Notes: generated by a model not told the origin, from the sequence alone. 64,000 nucleotides of DNA from Octopus bimaculoides (GCF_001194135.2 NC_068998.1:23916185-23980184); one strand, 5' to 3'; shown: positions 41,821-55,723, counted from the first letter of the stretch. Made by a program: numbers and translations.

Positions 41821-42957
41821 GATCTTCATCAGATATTCAAAATTCCTTACGAATTTAAGGCCTCTTTTAGACATATTTGCTTATATAAATGTATATAGTT
41901 CTTTATAACTGAATAATCTCATGTAACTAGTCACGAGATTTTCATTTTGATTCATTATCTATCATTTAATTTTATTACCTTGTACAGATAAGCTCTGTAG
42001 CATATTTGATGTAAGCAAGAGTACAATTTTCTGAATGTGAACCTCCTGCAACAAATACATTTTAAAATTTTGCTGAAACATAAATGACCAGAGTGAGTTT
42101 AAACAACTGACTGCACACTATGCAACCTCACAATTTTTCATCAAATCTCAATTCAGTTCCAAAGGTCATCCAGTACGTATATGTCAATAACCTGCCCAAC
42201 ATTCACACCTTGACAGATATTAAAAACTGAATGGTTTCTCTTTTTCCCTTTCTTTGCTTTACTTTCTCTTTCTACACACGTGCCTATATAGTCTGAACAA
42301 TGGCTCACCTATACAATATTTTGAATCTAATCTGATGAGTAGAAAGATGAAATTTAAATAACCAAATGTGAGGTGGTAGATGACATAGCCATAAATAATA
42401 CTTACTCCTTGGGATTGAATACTATATTGAATGTTTGAATGTTGTACAGGAACTTTTGTATGGCTTATATATATATTATAGTTTGTATTCAGATTAACAG
42501 ACCACTGATCTGAGTGACAGACAACTCCTACAGCAGATACAATAAATCAGTGAAGGTGAGCCTATAACAGGAATCAGCAGAAAATTGCAGCAGATTTTTA
42601 CTTGACATGCATAGTCAAATACTGTGTTATTAAAAGCTCGCAAATTTGATGAAAGAAGTTTCCAAAGCTTAAAACATTAATGTTTAAAAATTGCATTTTG
42701 TAATGTTTGTTGAAATAGCACATTTTATAGCAAAACTTGTTGTCACCTTATGAATTAATGAAATGGCAATGCATCATTGATTGCTTACAGAGGTTAACAC
42801 GGCTTATTTCAGTTGCATGATTTTAGCTTTCTTTCAGTTCACACATCCTTATTTTCTGATATCATTGCTAAGATATAAATATATACATACTCACATACAT
42901 ACAAACATACATACATGCATACATAAATACATACATTCATACATACATACATGCATA

Positions 42958-44437
42958 CAGGGTGTGGGGAATAAACTGTTGTCTAAATAATGTAAAAATG
43001 AAAATAACACCGATATCGCATTTTAGCAGATATATTTACAAAAAATTCATAAGAATATCTTGAAATACTACAGAGTAAATTTATTCAATAAAATCGCCAT
43101 TGGCTTCAGACATGATTTCCAGACGACTTCAGAATCTTCTGCAAATCTTCTGGACAGTCGCCTTGTTTAAGTTGGTGAATGCTGCCATTATCCTTGCCCT
43201 CAGTTCATTGGTGTTACAAGGAGTTTTGTTGGTCTCTCACTCAACTGTACCCCACACATAATAATTAAAGGAATTACAGTCTGGGGAGTCAGGTGGCCAA
43301 ATGTTAGGGGCAATATTGTTGCTGAAATTGTCAGACAGCCATGACTGGGTTCTCTTGCTTGGGTGGCATAGTGCAGAGTCGTGTTGCCAAACATAGGTTC
43401 TTCCAGCAGTCACCCCCTTGACTCAGGGCAGCACTATCTCCTCCAGGTAGTTAATATAGGGCTCCATGAAAAGTTGTTAAGAGTCCATACAAATCAAAAA
43501 TATTGGTTAAAAATGTAAATAAAGTTGGAAAAGGCACAGATGTATATTTTAGAGAATGTTTAATCTTTTTGTTACAGTGAAGGATTTAAAATATAATTGG
43601 TTTCAATGTATCCATCTTATCAAATATTAAAAAGGATTTTTTGGGAAGTCAAGGAGAAAAAATTTTAGGGGTTAACAGTTTGTACCCATGATTTAGTTCT
43701 AAGTGAAATCTTATATTTGAGTCATTCTCATGTAAATGTTTTGTTTATGTAGGTTTGGTGTGGGGTTAAAGAGTTCAAGTTTCAGGAATTCTATTGAAAA
43801 AAATGTGTTTTGAACTGAATAGGAAGTTTCTAGACATGTGAGGCCATGTGAGAAGATGAATGAAGCCGTTGCCATCACAAGTCATCGCTCCAAACACCAT
43901 GATGCTGACTGGATGTTTGATTTTTATCACTCTCGGTACATGTTTTGAGGACACAGCAAGCCAATGGTTGTTCTGTGTGTTCACCATCTGATCTTGATAG
44001 AAAGTGTTCTTGTCTGAGAAAAACTAAAGCATGTTCGGTTGGAAGGGATGCTTGAGTTTGTTCAAAAGATCCATAGCACAGTATTTTCTCTTGTCTTTAG
44101 TGGCTAGGGATGAAAATTGGCCATTTCTCATCTTGTATGAGGAATACCAAATGTCTTCATGCACTACCTGCTTGATAAGAAACTGAGACACTCCCATGTC
44201 CCTGACGATGGATTTGATTGACTTGGATTATTGTGAATCATGGCCTGGATCTCACCACCAAATTCTGAAGTTCTTTTCTTATAAGAATGATCAGAGTGAG
44301 TTTTCCAAGCTGCTGTGCCTTTGTAAACACCATTACTGACCCCACTATACTCTGTAGTCGAGAAAATCAAAAACAAACAATGTGCATGCACGAAATTAAA
44401 AATATAAAATTGGCAACAACTTACTCATCGCACCCTG
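42958..44437 (-). mobile_element. maT/DD37D-type Tc1-mariner transposon, interrupted
   Basis: KHPVSIMVFG...YVWQHDSALCH...IWPPDSPDCN...YYVWG...EANGDFIE*. TIRs cagggtg.g at both ends, TA at 42956-42957. Confidence 0.85.
43468..43827. repeat. Inverted duplicate of 45325-45686, inserted in the maT transposase
   Basis: Reverse-complement match; 56/60 identical in one block checked by eye. Confidence 0.9.
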
Positions 44438-44469
44438 TGCAAACATACATACATATACTTATACACATC

Positions 44470-44630
44470 ATCATCATCATCATCATTGTTTAATGTCCAC
44501 CTTCCATGCTGGCATGGGCTTTATGTTTTAATAGGAGCTGACTAGGCAAGAGCCTGCACCAGACTTCTGTGTCTCTTTTGCCATGGCTTTTTACAGCTGG
44601 ATGCCTTTCCCAACACCAACTACCATGATG
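44470..44630 (-). mobile_element. SINE/LINE-tail family E (ends GTTAAACGATGATGATG-like)
   Basis: Shared block ...AAGGGCATCCAGC.GTA...CCATGCCAGCATGGAA...(GAT)n. Other copies at 47360-47590(-), 49665-49835(+), 55380-55535(+), 55800-56115(-) and 63853-64000(+). Confidence 0.75.
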
Positions 44631-45112
44631 ATGATAATGGTGGTATATATAGCAAAACAGGAAATTGGAAATTTGGGGCTTTTATTTATTCACCTTTACA
44701 CATGCTTCATTTGCTAATGAGAATCATTGATCTTTTCCTTTTAGATAGACATGTAAGCCAGGATTTACTGTAAATACCTTCCCTACATATATGAGGGTGC
44801 CTGGCATAGTGGCAAAGGTGCTTCAATCACAATCACAGGGTCATGGTTTCAATTCCCGGACAACAACTGACATGTGGTAAACAGTGCTCCTGTTCAGGAA
44901 TCAAGCAACGTTCATTTGATGGATGTAATGAACATAAACATTTAACCACTATAAATAAATCAGTGTATAAATTGTTTAGTAAGAAATTGCAGAATTGCCT
45001 TTCTTGGAATATGAGAGACTACTATTGTCATAGATATAGATATATGTAAGGATATGTCTGTCTCTTTCTCTCCTTCGCTCTCTTTCTTTCTCTCTCTTTC
45101 TTTCTCTCTCTT

Positions 45113-45179
<67 letters not shown>

Positions 45180-45709
45180 CACACACCCAATACAATATAC
45201 AAAATATATTTCCAAAACACTTAACCAACACACGCATTCACTCACACAGATAAAACAACATACACACACAGCTGGCCAAAGAAAAAAAGAAAACACACAC
45301 ACACACACAAAACTGGCCACATCATTAATAAAAACTTCCTATTCAATTTTAAACACTTTGTTTTCAATAGAATTCCTAAAACTTGCACTCTTGAACCCCA
45401 CACCAAACCTACATAGACAAAACATTTACATGAGAATGACTCAAATGTAAAATTTCACTTAGAACTAAGTCATAGGTACAAACTGTTAACCCCTAAGATA
45501 TTTTCTCTTTGACTTCCCTAAAAATTCTTTTTGATATTTGATAAGATGGATACATTGAAACCAATTATATTTTAGATCCTTCACTGTAACAAAAAGATTA
45601 ACCATTCTCTAAAATATACATCTGTGCCTTTTCCAACTTTATTTACATTTTTAACCAATATTCTTGATTTGTATGGAGTCTTAACTAATTTTCAACTATA
45701 TATATATAT

Positions 45710-45830
45710 ATAAAATAAAAGATGAAGACAGGTCTGTGAACATCAAGAAAGTGTATTAGTTTAATCTTTGGGAAAATGAAAAAGTCTTTCACATTTTGAG
45801 CCTACGCTCTTCAACAGAAAGGAATAAGAG
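45710..45830 (-). mobile_element. Short HHR-bearing element (family H2), decayed copy
   Basis: Homologous to 47040-47185. HHR remnant CUUU-CUGUUGA-A-GAGC GUAG GCUC-AAAA-U-GUG-AAAG at 45786-45821; 3' end abuts (TA)n. Confidence 0.7.
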
Positions 45831-46129
45831 GAACTCCTAAAAGGTGTAAAAACTTCTGGCATGCACTTCATATACATACATACATACATATATATGTAAG
45901 TATGTGTGTGTGTGTGAATATTTATGAAGTGCATGCCAGAAGTTTTGAGATTTTTGGGGAGAAGCAGTTATACCCATCCTAGATTATTGTCATTCTAGTA
46001 TAACGTTAGTATGCTTTTAGTGAGCTGACCTGTCAATCTATTTCATTCCAGACTGAAAAACATGACTATAACAACCCTTTGAATACATCCTGCTAAAAAC
46101 TTCTTATCACAACTAACTAGCTTGCAGAA

Positions 46130-46420
46130 TGCATTTGGAACATGAAGACAAATCGGAAGCTTACTGTGCGATAAAGTTTTGTGTTAGGCAACAAAACTAT
46201 GGTAGCTTATGAAATGCTCTAGATTGCTTATATAATATAGATGACCCAAGCCTTTTTATTTTACTGGAACAAAAGCCCTGGCAAAGCAATTCCACTGGAA
46301 AGCTCATGATGATACCTGTTCTGTGAGTAAGGGCATAATCTACATCCACTGAGTTGAGGCCAGTTTTCTACTGCCTACTGCCAGTTACTCTTCCTGTCAC
46401 CAACCCTCGCCTGTTTCCTA
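46130..46420 (+). mobile_element. Mariner transposase N-terminal remnant
   Basis: AYCAIKFCVR resembles the mariner RAVIKFCVK HTH start; decayed. Confidence 0.35.
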
Positions 46421-46589
46421 CTAATGGTAATATTTCTCAATAGCCAATTATTTTACACAGAAAATAGGAAAAGAAATATACTGCTTGACAATAATGACAT
46501 TAGCTTACAACTATCACATGATGTCATGACAAAGAAATGAAAACACAAACATATGTACTAGTGCAATTGCATGCACATTTTGTTTTTTG

Positions 46590-46945
46590 TTTTACCTGTT
46601 TCAGTCATAAGATTGCAGCCATACTGGGGCACTGCCTTCAACAACTTTTAATTAAATAAATCAACTCCAGTATTTTTTCAAGCCTGCTACTTGCCAAACC
46701 ACTAAGTAACTGGCATGTAAACACACCATCACCAGTTGTCAAGTGGTAGTTGGAGACAACACTCACACACACACATCCACACATACATATACGATGGGTT
46801 TCTCTCAGTTTCCATCTACCAAAGCAATTCACAAGGCTTTGGTCAGACCAAGGCTATAGTAGAAGATACTTGCTCGAGGTGCCATGTAATGGAACTGAAC
46901 TTGGAACCAAGTGGTTGGAAAGCAAACTTCTTAACACATGGCCAT
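46590..46945 (-). mobile_element. SINE family A, partial
   Basis: Reverse complement of family A. Confidence 0.8.
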
Positions 46946-46984
46946 GTAAACAGACATATACATACCTACATACATACATTCACC

Positions 46985-47185
46985 ATGATAGATCGCTGAC
47001 CACTACATTTATATTTTTTTTCTACTTGTTTTTCTCCTTGTTTTTCTCCTTATTCTTTCTGTTGAAGAGCGTAGCTCGAAACGTTAAAGACTTTCTCGAT
47101 TCCCGAGCATTAAACTAATACATCCTTTTGTTGTTTACACCACCTGTCCTCGTCTGTTGTTGTTTTTTTCGTAAATTCTCCCATA
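46985..47185 (+). mobile_element. Short HHR-bearing element (family H2)
   Basis: Pyrimidine-rich leader, HHR, then the attaaactaataca...cctgtc.tc.tc block shared with 45710-45830; ends at an AT-type microsatellite and gap. Confidence 0.7.
47054..47090 (+). ncRNA. Type I minimal hammerhead-like motif with variant core CUGUUGA
   Basis: UCUUU-CUGUUGA-A-GAGC GUA GCUC-GAAA-C-GUU-AAAGA. Perfect stems I and II, palindromic ACGU stem III. Confidence 0.7.
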
Positions 47186-47214
47186 CATAAATACATACAT
47201 ACATATGTATATAT

Positions 47215-47307
47215 NNNNNNNNNNNNNNNNNNNNNNNNNNNNNNNNNNNNNNNNNNNNNNNNNNNNNNNNNNNNNNNNNNNNNNNNNNNNNNNNNNNNNN
47301 NNNNNNN
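47215..47307. other. Assembly gap (N) flanked by (AT)n
   Basis: Run of N. Confidence 1.
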
Positions 47308-47347
<40 letters not shown>

Positions 47348-48148
47348 CACGTACATATATCATCATTATCCTAATCATCTGATGGCCATCTTCCATCCTG
47401 GCATGGGTTGTACTGTTTGATAGGAGCCAACAGGCCAGAGGAGTATACCCAGCTCTACTGCTTGTTCTGGCATGGTTTTTATTGCTGGATGCTCTTCTAA
47501 ACAACAACCACCTCACATAGTGGACTGCATGCATTTTTACAGCACCACAGATGATGCAGTCACCAAGAAACTTGCAAGACAAAGATCCTTTGAGAGGGGG
47601 ATCGTATTGGAGGAGGTGGCTTTGTATTTCGTAATGAGAGATTAGAGTGTGACATTACAGACACAAACAGGTGTTGTGCTGGAGAGGCTATGTGTATGTG
47701 TATGTGTGTGTGTGTGTGTGGTATAATTTAGGCATTAACCTCATGATGTTCATTTAAATCTTCCTTTGCTGTTATTGGATACCATATTCAACTCTACACC
47801 AGGATATCTTCTAAGGCTGCATAAACATGTGGAACTTGGCTATTTTAGAGAATTAATATAAGAATTATGTAACACAAGGATGGAAAATAGCAGACGTTAA
47901 TAACAAATCACAACAATTGTTTCTACATCAGACACCAGCTTTAAGTTGCTGGGTTTATATTTCTATATTATTATATAAGTTTATTCTTTAGAATTACTCT
48001 ATAAATATTTTTCAGCAACAGCTGAGTGTATGTGCTTCTCAGATGTCAGAAACAAATGTTGTGATTTGTATTAAAGCCAGCTATTTTCCATTCTCATGTT
48101 ATATATAGTTTTATGATTATCTAATACTGTTCATTTTGATTAATACAT

Positions 48149-48243
<95 letters not shown>

Positions 48244-48763
48244 TACAAACAACCACATTTAAAACATTTCCAATGAGTGAACTTATTTAAATTCTATGTA
48301 AGATCTTCTCATTTAGTAACTACAAATTACAGCATTGTTTGACTATGGAGAATTAACAATTTATTGCGAAATTATAGAAACATTTGTTAAATATACACTT
48401 TTTCTCATTTGTTGGCCATCAAATGGCAGAAATACTATTAATGGTAGGTGTATGATAATGAATGTTAACATAGAAAATCAAATACAATTTCTTTTGATAT
48501 TATGTAATCTGTTCAATTATCTATTAATGCATGATATTATCACTGAAATTTATAATAGCTGACTAAAATAAAGAATTTGTATCAATGTAATATCAAGAAA
48601 TGACATAAGTGTTTCTGCTGTTAGAATGTTTAATAATTGGTGGATAAATTTGTCAAAAATAGCTTTAGTTGGGTTAGAGGATATCTCTTCCATGGTTAGC
48701 AGAATTGTTGATTTTCTAAAGCAATTTACAAGAAGTTGTTCGTAATCTTATTTCTTCTACTAG

Positions 48764-48872
48764 GTACAGCTGTATGCAAAAATTAGTTTCGAAAATGTTG
48801 ATGATTTGATGAGAGTTGTGACAACAGCCAAGTTTTTAAATGAACAAGAATTAAATTTTCTTTTGAATGAAA
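48764..48872 (+). CDS. Weak candidate internal exon
   Basis: Acceptor tcttatttcttctactag, open frame VQLYAKISFENVDDLMRVVTTAKFLNEQELNFLLNE, donor gaaa|gtaaat. Confidence 0.3.
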
Positions 48873-50239
48873 GTAAATCAGTTTATAAGTGTATGATAAT
48901 TGAGTCATAGCTAAGTACTTTATTGTTTGTGAACATTTTATGTGAAATCAGATTACATATAGATATAAGGATCAAGGCGTATAACTTTCCTCAGCTAAAT
49001 TATTTAGTCTAGCTCTGTAAATTTATGATTTGATATACTTCCCATTGGAAATGAATAAAATAAATATTGATATATATATAAGGTTCTCAAAATGACTAAC
49101 CCACCTCAACAAAACTGAGTTCTTGAAATGCTATATTTTGAGTTTTCTACACATCACCATGATTCCCTTCCCTCATGCACTGTCCCTATCTCTTCACATT
49201 CTCTCTATCTTGTCCTCTCCTCACCAGCAACTGTATTGTCTTTAGTATGCCTGCTACTTGTGCCAACATACTCTTCTGTATCCTTCTATCATCCCCAGCT
49301 CATTACTCTCATCTCATCCTTCTGTCAACCCTACCCATTTTGGCAGTCTGCCCCTGCTATTCACCTTCCCATATAATCTTAAAAACAACCCTCTTGCTAA
49401 CATATACTCAACTTGTGCCTTTTGGGATTACCTAAGTACTATTATCTGTCTTACAGCACCTATTGATGATTTTGTTTTCTCTCCCCAATCATTTTTTACA
49501 TGAGTAGCCATGCAGATTCCCTTGGCAGGAACCTCCTTTGGCCCCTCCCTCATAGTAACTCCCTCATCTCCTAGCCTGAAGCTGACCCCACTACTACCAC
49601 CGACCCCAGGTCTCATAGTCCTGCAAACTGCATGATGACCTCAATAAGGCAACTGACATGTAAAAAGTACCCAATCCACACTATAAAGTAGTCGGTGTTA
49701 TGAAGGGCATCCAGCCACAAAATCCATGCCAAAGCAGGCACTAGTACTCAATGTGGTTCTTGAATACATTGGTTCCAGTCAAACTACGAAAGCCATGCTA
49801 GCATGAAACACTGATGTTAATTGATGATGATTGACATGATGTTTGGTTTGATGAAGAATTTGAATTTGAGAATAAACTTAAATATATTTCTATGTGTTTA
49901 GTATGTGAATATTCATGTACTTTCCAAGGGTGAAGTATCACTTTTGAAGAAACTAACTTTAAGAGTTTTCAACATAATGCAACACAAGTTACAGAAGTTT
50001 TAAAGTTCATTGTCGAACAACTAGTTTTGTGCAGTCCAGAGAGTTAGGGAAAATATATTATGTAACACATCCTAATGAAGGATATTTCACAGATTTGAAA
50101 TAAGAACTATATCATTGATTAGTTTTGTTTGAAGATATCTAGAATTACAATCAACTTTAAAACTAATTCTATTTAGAAATGAAATAATTACATTCACAGG
50201 TCTATTAGAAGGACTTGACATGAGTATTTTTGAATTATT

Positions 50240-50478
50240 TTTTTTACCTGTGGATCCCTTTGATTTCTATTTTACTTGGGTGGACCCTCCTAGCCATTCA
50301 ATGCTGCAAAAATCTTATCATACTTTTATAATTAAACATAATTAGGAATTGTATAAAAAAAATTGAGAAAATATTTTGTATATTGTAGATGTATAACCAA
50401 TTTATTGCAGATAAATTTTATCAACAAAATCTTATATTGTCTTGCAGGGGCCACGTGGATCCCAGTTGAGAACCTCTG
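50240..50478. mobile_element. hAT-like MITE end
   Basis: Terminus GGATCCCAGTTGAGAACCTCTG (reverse complement CAGAGGTTCTCAAC); other end not found. Confidence 0.4.
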
Positions 50479-52991
50479 ATTTATACTGTTAACAGCTGAG
50501 ATGTAGCAATGCATTCCTTAAATTTTGGTTTTCTTAAAATTTTTGCAAAACTACTTCTAACCCTTTATCAACATTTTCCTGTGAAACATTTTTCTCAGTT
50601 CTAGATTATTTGCATCAAAATGTCTATTGATTATTTGAAAGCTATCAACATAGCATAAAAATGTACTCAGCAATTAAGAAGTTATTAAAGCATGAGTAAC
50701 ATTTTAAATTGCCTGGCACTTCTCTTGTTTTATAAGTAGACGGAAAAATTTCTAACTATATTTTATCAAACTCAATGTTTATATATATATTTGTAAAATA
50801 AACTGTTTTTCAATATTCAATTATTCTACAAGCATTTATAGGCTTATTTCAAAGATTAAAATTTCAGCATGCTGCAGTAAAAATGTTCAAAGTCATTGCT
50901 GTAAATGATTTGAAAGAATTTGGAAAGACGTATACTCAGCAATAAGGTCAGGAAAGATGTATTCAGATTGTGGCTTTGTTTCCACTAATAATTTAAAAGC
51001 CACTCAAAGGACTTGCTAAGAATAGAAAGAAATGAGTTTTTGCTATAATGGCTTGGCCTCAAGAACTGAAACACTCAGCACACTAGCTAGCAAAATACTT
51101 ATCAATAATACAATATTTTCAGCTATCTTCATGCACTAAGCTGCACCTACTGTTGTTATTGAAAGACTAGTTATCTAAGACATTGAGAGTCGACAATGTA
51201 GATTAAAGAAGTGATAATCTTTTGACATATACTTTAGCAACCCGCCACTTGACTATCTTCAAATCTCATGTATATCAATACTTGTTTGTCAATCATTTTC
51301 ATAGTGAAACAACATAAAATCAGCTATGATTCAAAAATTTGATAATAGAGTGAAAATATTTTAGCATTAGTCTCCAGCATAAGTTTGCAGAAGAAAAAAT
51401 ACTGTTTCAAATATAAATAATATATATATAATGTTACTTCTTAAAAATAAATTTATCAATATTATAAGAAGACAGAAATGAAAAGAAGCAAGTCAACTTT
51501 GCTTCAATATATTTCATTCATTTCACTTACAATAGCTTGAGGGGAAAATATTATATACCATTGGTATTTGTTCATTCATATAAGTAAAAGCACATCACTA
51601 TTTGAGCAAGTTATTCTTTCTAGCAAACTCAGTATGTGGTTTTAGTAATCAGTGTTGGGTACTTATTTTTTATCATTTAAGCAACAAACAATATCAATTT
51701 ATTTGTTTGTATATCATTGTATAGAATGTGAATCATAAAAAAAAAGTTGTGTAATATATCAATAGGTGTTTATCAATTTTATCCTACTGTCACAGTGTCA
51801 TTATTAGAAAAATGAAAATCATTCTGTATATTCTATATAAAGTTTTCATTGATTGTATATGAGAAAATTTGTAGCAATTCAGAAAAATAGATTGAACTAG
51901 ATTTCTGTGTGTTAGCAATAGTAGCAGTTTCCATTTTAAGTTTCCATTTTATTTTTCAACAACAAGATTATCTAAGAAGTTAAGAATTATATAGAATGAG
52001 TATATATCTTGTTTTTATCAAACACTGAAGTTATAATCTTTATTCATAATACAAATCTGATTGAAGCCTTTATAAAATATATTTCAACTTTGTTGAATGA
52101 AACATTACAACATTCACAGAATGAAGTCTAGATATTCTAACATTGTAAAAATAGCCTTTTTCACCTTTTATCGAGAGAATCACACTGAAATCAATGCTGG
52201 AAACGCTTCTTTTGAAATTTGTTTCTAATATCCACTTGCCCTAGCCTCTATACTGCTTAACTAATACCAACTTTGGCATCAGTTCTTAAATTTTTAGTGT
52301 TAATTTTGAAGATATGATGCTAATTTTAACATATACTTTCTCACTAACACAAAATCATGTCTATCTTCCCTTTCCTACTGTAATCAATGTCAGTTTGAAT
52401 ATCTAATGGGGTAATGAATGTGTAATCACTGGAGAAACTTAGACTTTCTAGCATGATGAATTTCATTTATTTACACTTACAAATTTGTCATAGAATTTTG
52501 TTGTTTACAAATTTTGTTGCTAAGTATCTTAACAAATTTTTTACTTGTATAGAAAACAACCTCTTTTACTATACTTCAATAGAATATGTAAAAGTTAGCA
52601 GCAATATCAAAGCATGCCTAAACTACAATTACTCTTGAGTAAATATAAAATGCTTGTACTCCAGTCATAACATAAAGTATGCTCTAATTATTAATTCCTA
52701 AAACTTTGCCTCACGATCATGCATCTTTTATTCAACTTTTACATTCTAGCTGTGTCCACAGTAAATTTAACAAATAATACTCAATGCTTTAGTTCAAAAT
52801 ATGATATGATCCACTAAAATTTCCAAGTACTCCTTGAATATAAAGTTTCAATATAAGAAAATGGCCTAATGTATAGAATACTGAGGTAATGAAACACCTT
52901 CATGTAAAAACAATTTTTCCATCAACAAAATGTAAATTACCGAACCTTATATATGCTAGCATCAAAAATTGAATGTCATGCAACAGATGTA

Positions 52992-54221
52992 TGAAGGTTG
53001 GCTGTAAAGTTCATTGGTTGATCAAGATACTCTCATGGAATGTAGCCAAATGAGGTTTATTTTTCAACATAGTCCCCTTGTGGTCCATATATTTCTTCCA
53101 GCAGAGTTGCAATGCTTGGATCCCATTGGTGAAGAAATTTTTATCCAGTTGATCAAAACAGTCATCAACAGTAGATATAACGTCATCATCACCGCATTAC
53201 TGGTTTCCAGTCAAGTGTTTTTTCCTGTTCGAGAACAGATGATAGTCAGACAGAGCCAACTCAGGAGAATAAGGAGGGTGACCAACCAGTTCAAAGCCAC
53301 AGTCATACAAAACAGTCATTGAAAGCAAGGACTTGTGTGCTGGATTGTTGTCTAATAAAACAAGACTCATTTTGTCAATTTTCCTGGGTGTTTAGTCTTT
53401 ATAGCCTTTTGTAATTTTCTCAGGTAGTTGACATACTACTCTCCCTTGCAGGTGTAGCCATTTTGAAGGCAGTCAATAAACACAATGCCTTTTGCATCCC
53501 CAAAAACTGAAGCCATCACCTTCCCTGAAAATAAAACTGCATGGAGTGTCTCTTTGCTTCTGCTTCAAGTGATGTACTAGACACAAATCCTGAGTTAGGA
53601 AATGCATGAGGAAACCAGCTGGATCTGTCTCAAGCAATGTTAGGTTTTCCCATGACGTGATCCACTAACAGCACTTTTGATTAGGTGTCAGAGGATGTAC
53701 CCACCAAGCAGAAACCTTTGTCAAGCCAAGTTCATTGTGAAGATTATTCTCAAGTCTCACAGGATATGCTTATAGCACTGACTATTTGATTTATAGTCAA
53801 TCATCTATCATACAGCACTATGTGGTGAACACCATCAATGGTTTCCTTTGTAGAGGCAATTTCAGGACGTCCAAACCTTGGATCATTTTCAAAATGTTCT
53901 CTTCCCCTCCTGAATTCAGCAGTCCGCTTTTGCACTGTTGATAAAGCTGGAACACCATCCACTAATGTAACTGCTATGTCAGTGTGAACATCCTTGGGTG
54001 TTAATCCCTTTCTTTCCAGCTATTTGATAACACTATGATATCAAACTTTGTCGATTTTCAAGAGAAATTATTATTAGTTACATTCTCTGAACGGTTAAAT
54101 GTCAATTTACCTGCAAAGAAACACTGAAGGATATTAATAAGTGTTTAGATTAATGCACACAATATTCAATAGCTTTAGAATTACTCCTTCATAGTCATAT
54201 GAACTTTTCAGCCCACCCTCA
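52992..54221 (-). mobile_element. Mariner (DD34D) transposon, full length, decayed
   Basis: TA-flanked imperfect TIRs (tgaaggttggctgtaaagttcat / tgagggtgggctgaaaagttcat). HPPYSPELALSDYHLF...W.K.MDHKGDYVEK*. Confidence 0.9.
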
Positions 54222-54479
54222 TACATATATGTGTGTGTATATAAACACACACACACATATATGCATACCTGGAAATTAATCCTAAGAAGGAACTGAACTT
54301 ATCAAATGATATAACAAATGATTGCATCATTGATGTTGTACTATGCTGGAGAGAACCTACATTTTCAAGTAAGCAAGGCACTGAGAATGCTGACACCAGG
54401 TATTGAATACATTTATAGTCTACTCAATCTCTTGCTCCTTTTGTTTTACACAACTCTGGCTGTATTCCTTGCTTCTCTT

Positions 54480-55300
54480 GTTCTAACTTTCTTCTCTCTG
54501 CAGCTTCTCCACCATTTCAGCATGACCCACCCATCTTCTAGTCACCTTTTTAATTCCACAACGCTATCCCCATCACCACTTCCATTTCCTGACACTTAAC
54601 CAATTGGTTATTAAGCTTCCTGTTACCCTCTTTTCGATATTTCTCTCATGTATCCCTCCACTCACCAATCCACTCACATTCAATTTTGTCATATGGAATA
54701 GCTCTGGATATGCTACCTCACACTAAACCCTAATCTTTGGTGATCCATCTGAACATTGATCACTGACTCTTTCAGCCAATCTGCCCAGGTCAGGCGTCCC
54801 TACACTCACATGCTATCAGTGGTGTTGCAGTTTCTGCTGCCTCACACACGGTTGAACACATCCATCCATATCCAAGAATTGCGTTTATTGCTGACCTGTC
54901 TTTATTTATGACCTGGCTTCTCTGTCACACAATTGTTGATCAAATTGTGAATTTGGAGGAGACTTCAAACTATGACACTCCACTACAGCTCTGCACGTGG
55001 ACGTATGCCATTCACATTGTAATGCCCCATTTTATGTTTCCTTTCCCATGCCTTTTCTATTTCTTTCTCTCATCACAATTTCTTCTGATACTTTTACCCT
55101 CCCCTGGCAATAAAACTGCTTCTCCAAATCATATCTCACCTTCTCTTGACACCTCTATCCAATTTCTCTCCGCCCAATTTCCATTTTCATTTGCAGCAAC
55201 TCTTTATTCTAGTGACATAGAAGGCACTCTTGCTACACTGTCCTTTGAAAAAGCATGCAATCCACTCTGCAAAATGACTAGTGAACCAAACAGAATCAAT
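54480..55300 (+). mobile_element. Possible highly decayed PLE 3' region
   Basis: FQHDPPIF and SKNCVYC weakly recall the PLE linker and GIY-YIG; pyrimidine-rich tail. Confidence 0.25.
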
Positions 55301-55723
55301 ACAATCTTCAGAAGAATATTTAGCCTTGTTGAGTGCAAAACAACCTCTATAAAGTTAACACCAGGAATAATGACTTAACAACCTTTGTAAAGCAGTTAGC
55401 ATTATGAAGGGCTGTAGAAACCACCCCAAAAAGATATGGAAGCAAGATGTGGTCCTCCAGCCATTTGGCACCTGACAAACCATTTAACACATGCCAGAAT
55501 GGGAAATTAACATAAGAGGCTTATAATGATGACTGTGTTAATAACATTCACACAAACAAACACACACTCACTCACATGCACACATATATGATATTTACAA
55601 AAGTGCACGCACAAAAAACAAACACACACACATATAATGCTTTTCATTTCAAGGTACCTTGTTTGTAATAAATGTCAATAATACTGTATATATAATTGGT
55701 CTTTTGTTCTCAATTTTCTCAAA

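Noticed and set aside
42330-42360. CTGATGA...GAAA as a hammerhead (also at about 60412)
   Set aside because: No credible stems I, II or III.
55225-55290. Hammerhead remnant in the putative PLE tail
   Set aside because: Core too degenerate to distinguish from chance.
54908-55378. 156-aa ORF
   Set aside because: Pyrimidine-rich decayed repeat; no splice or motif support.
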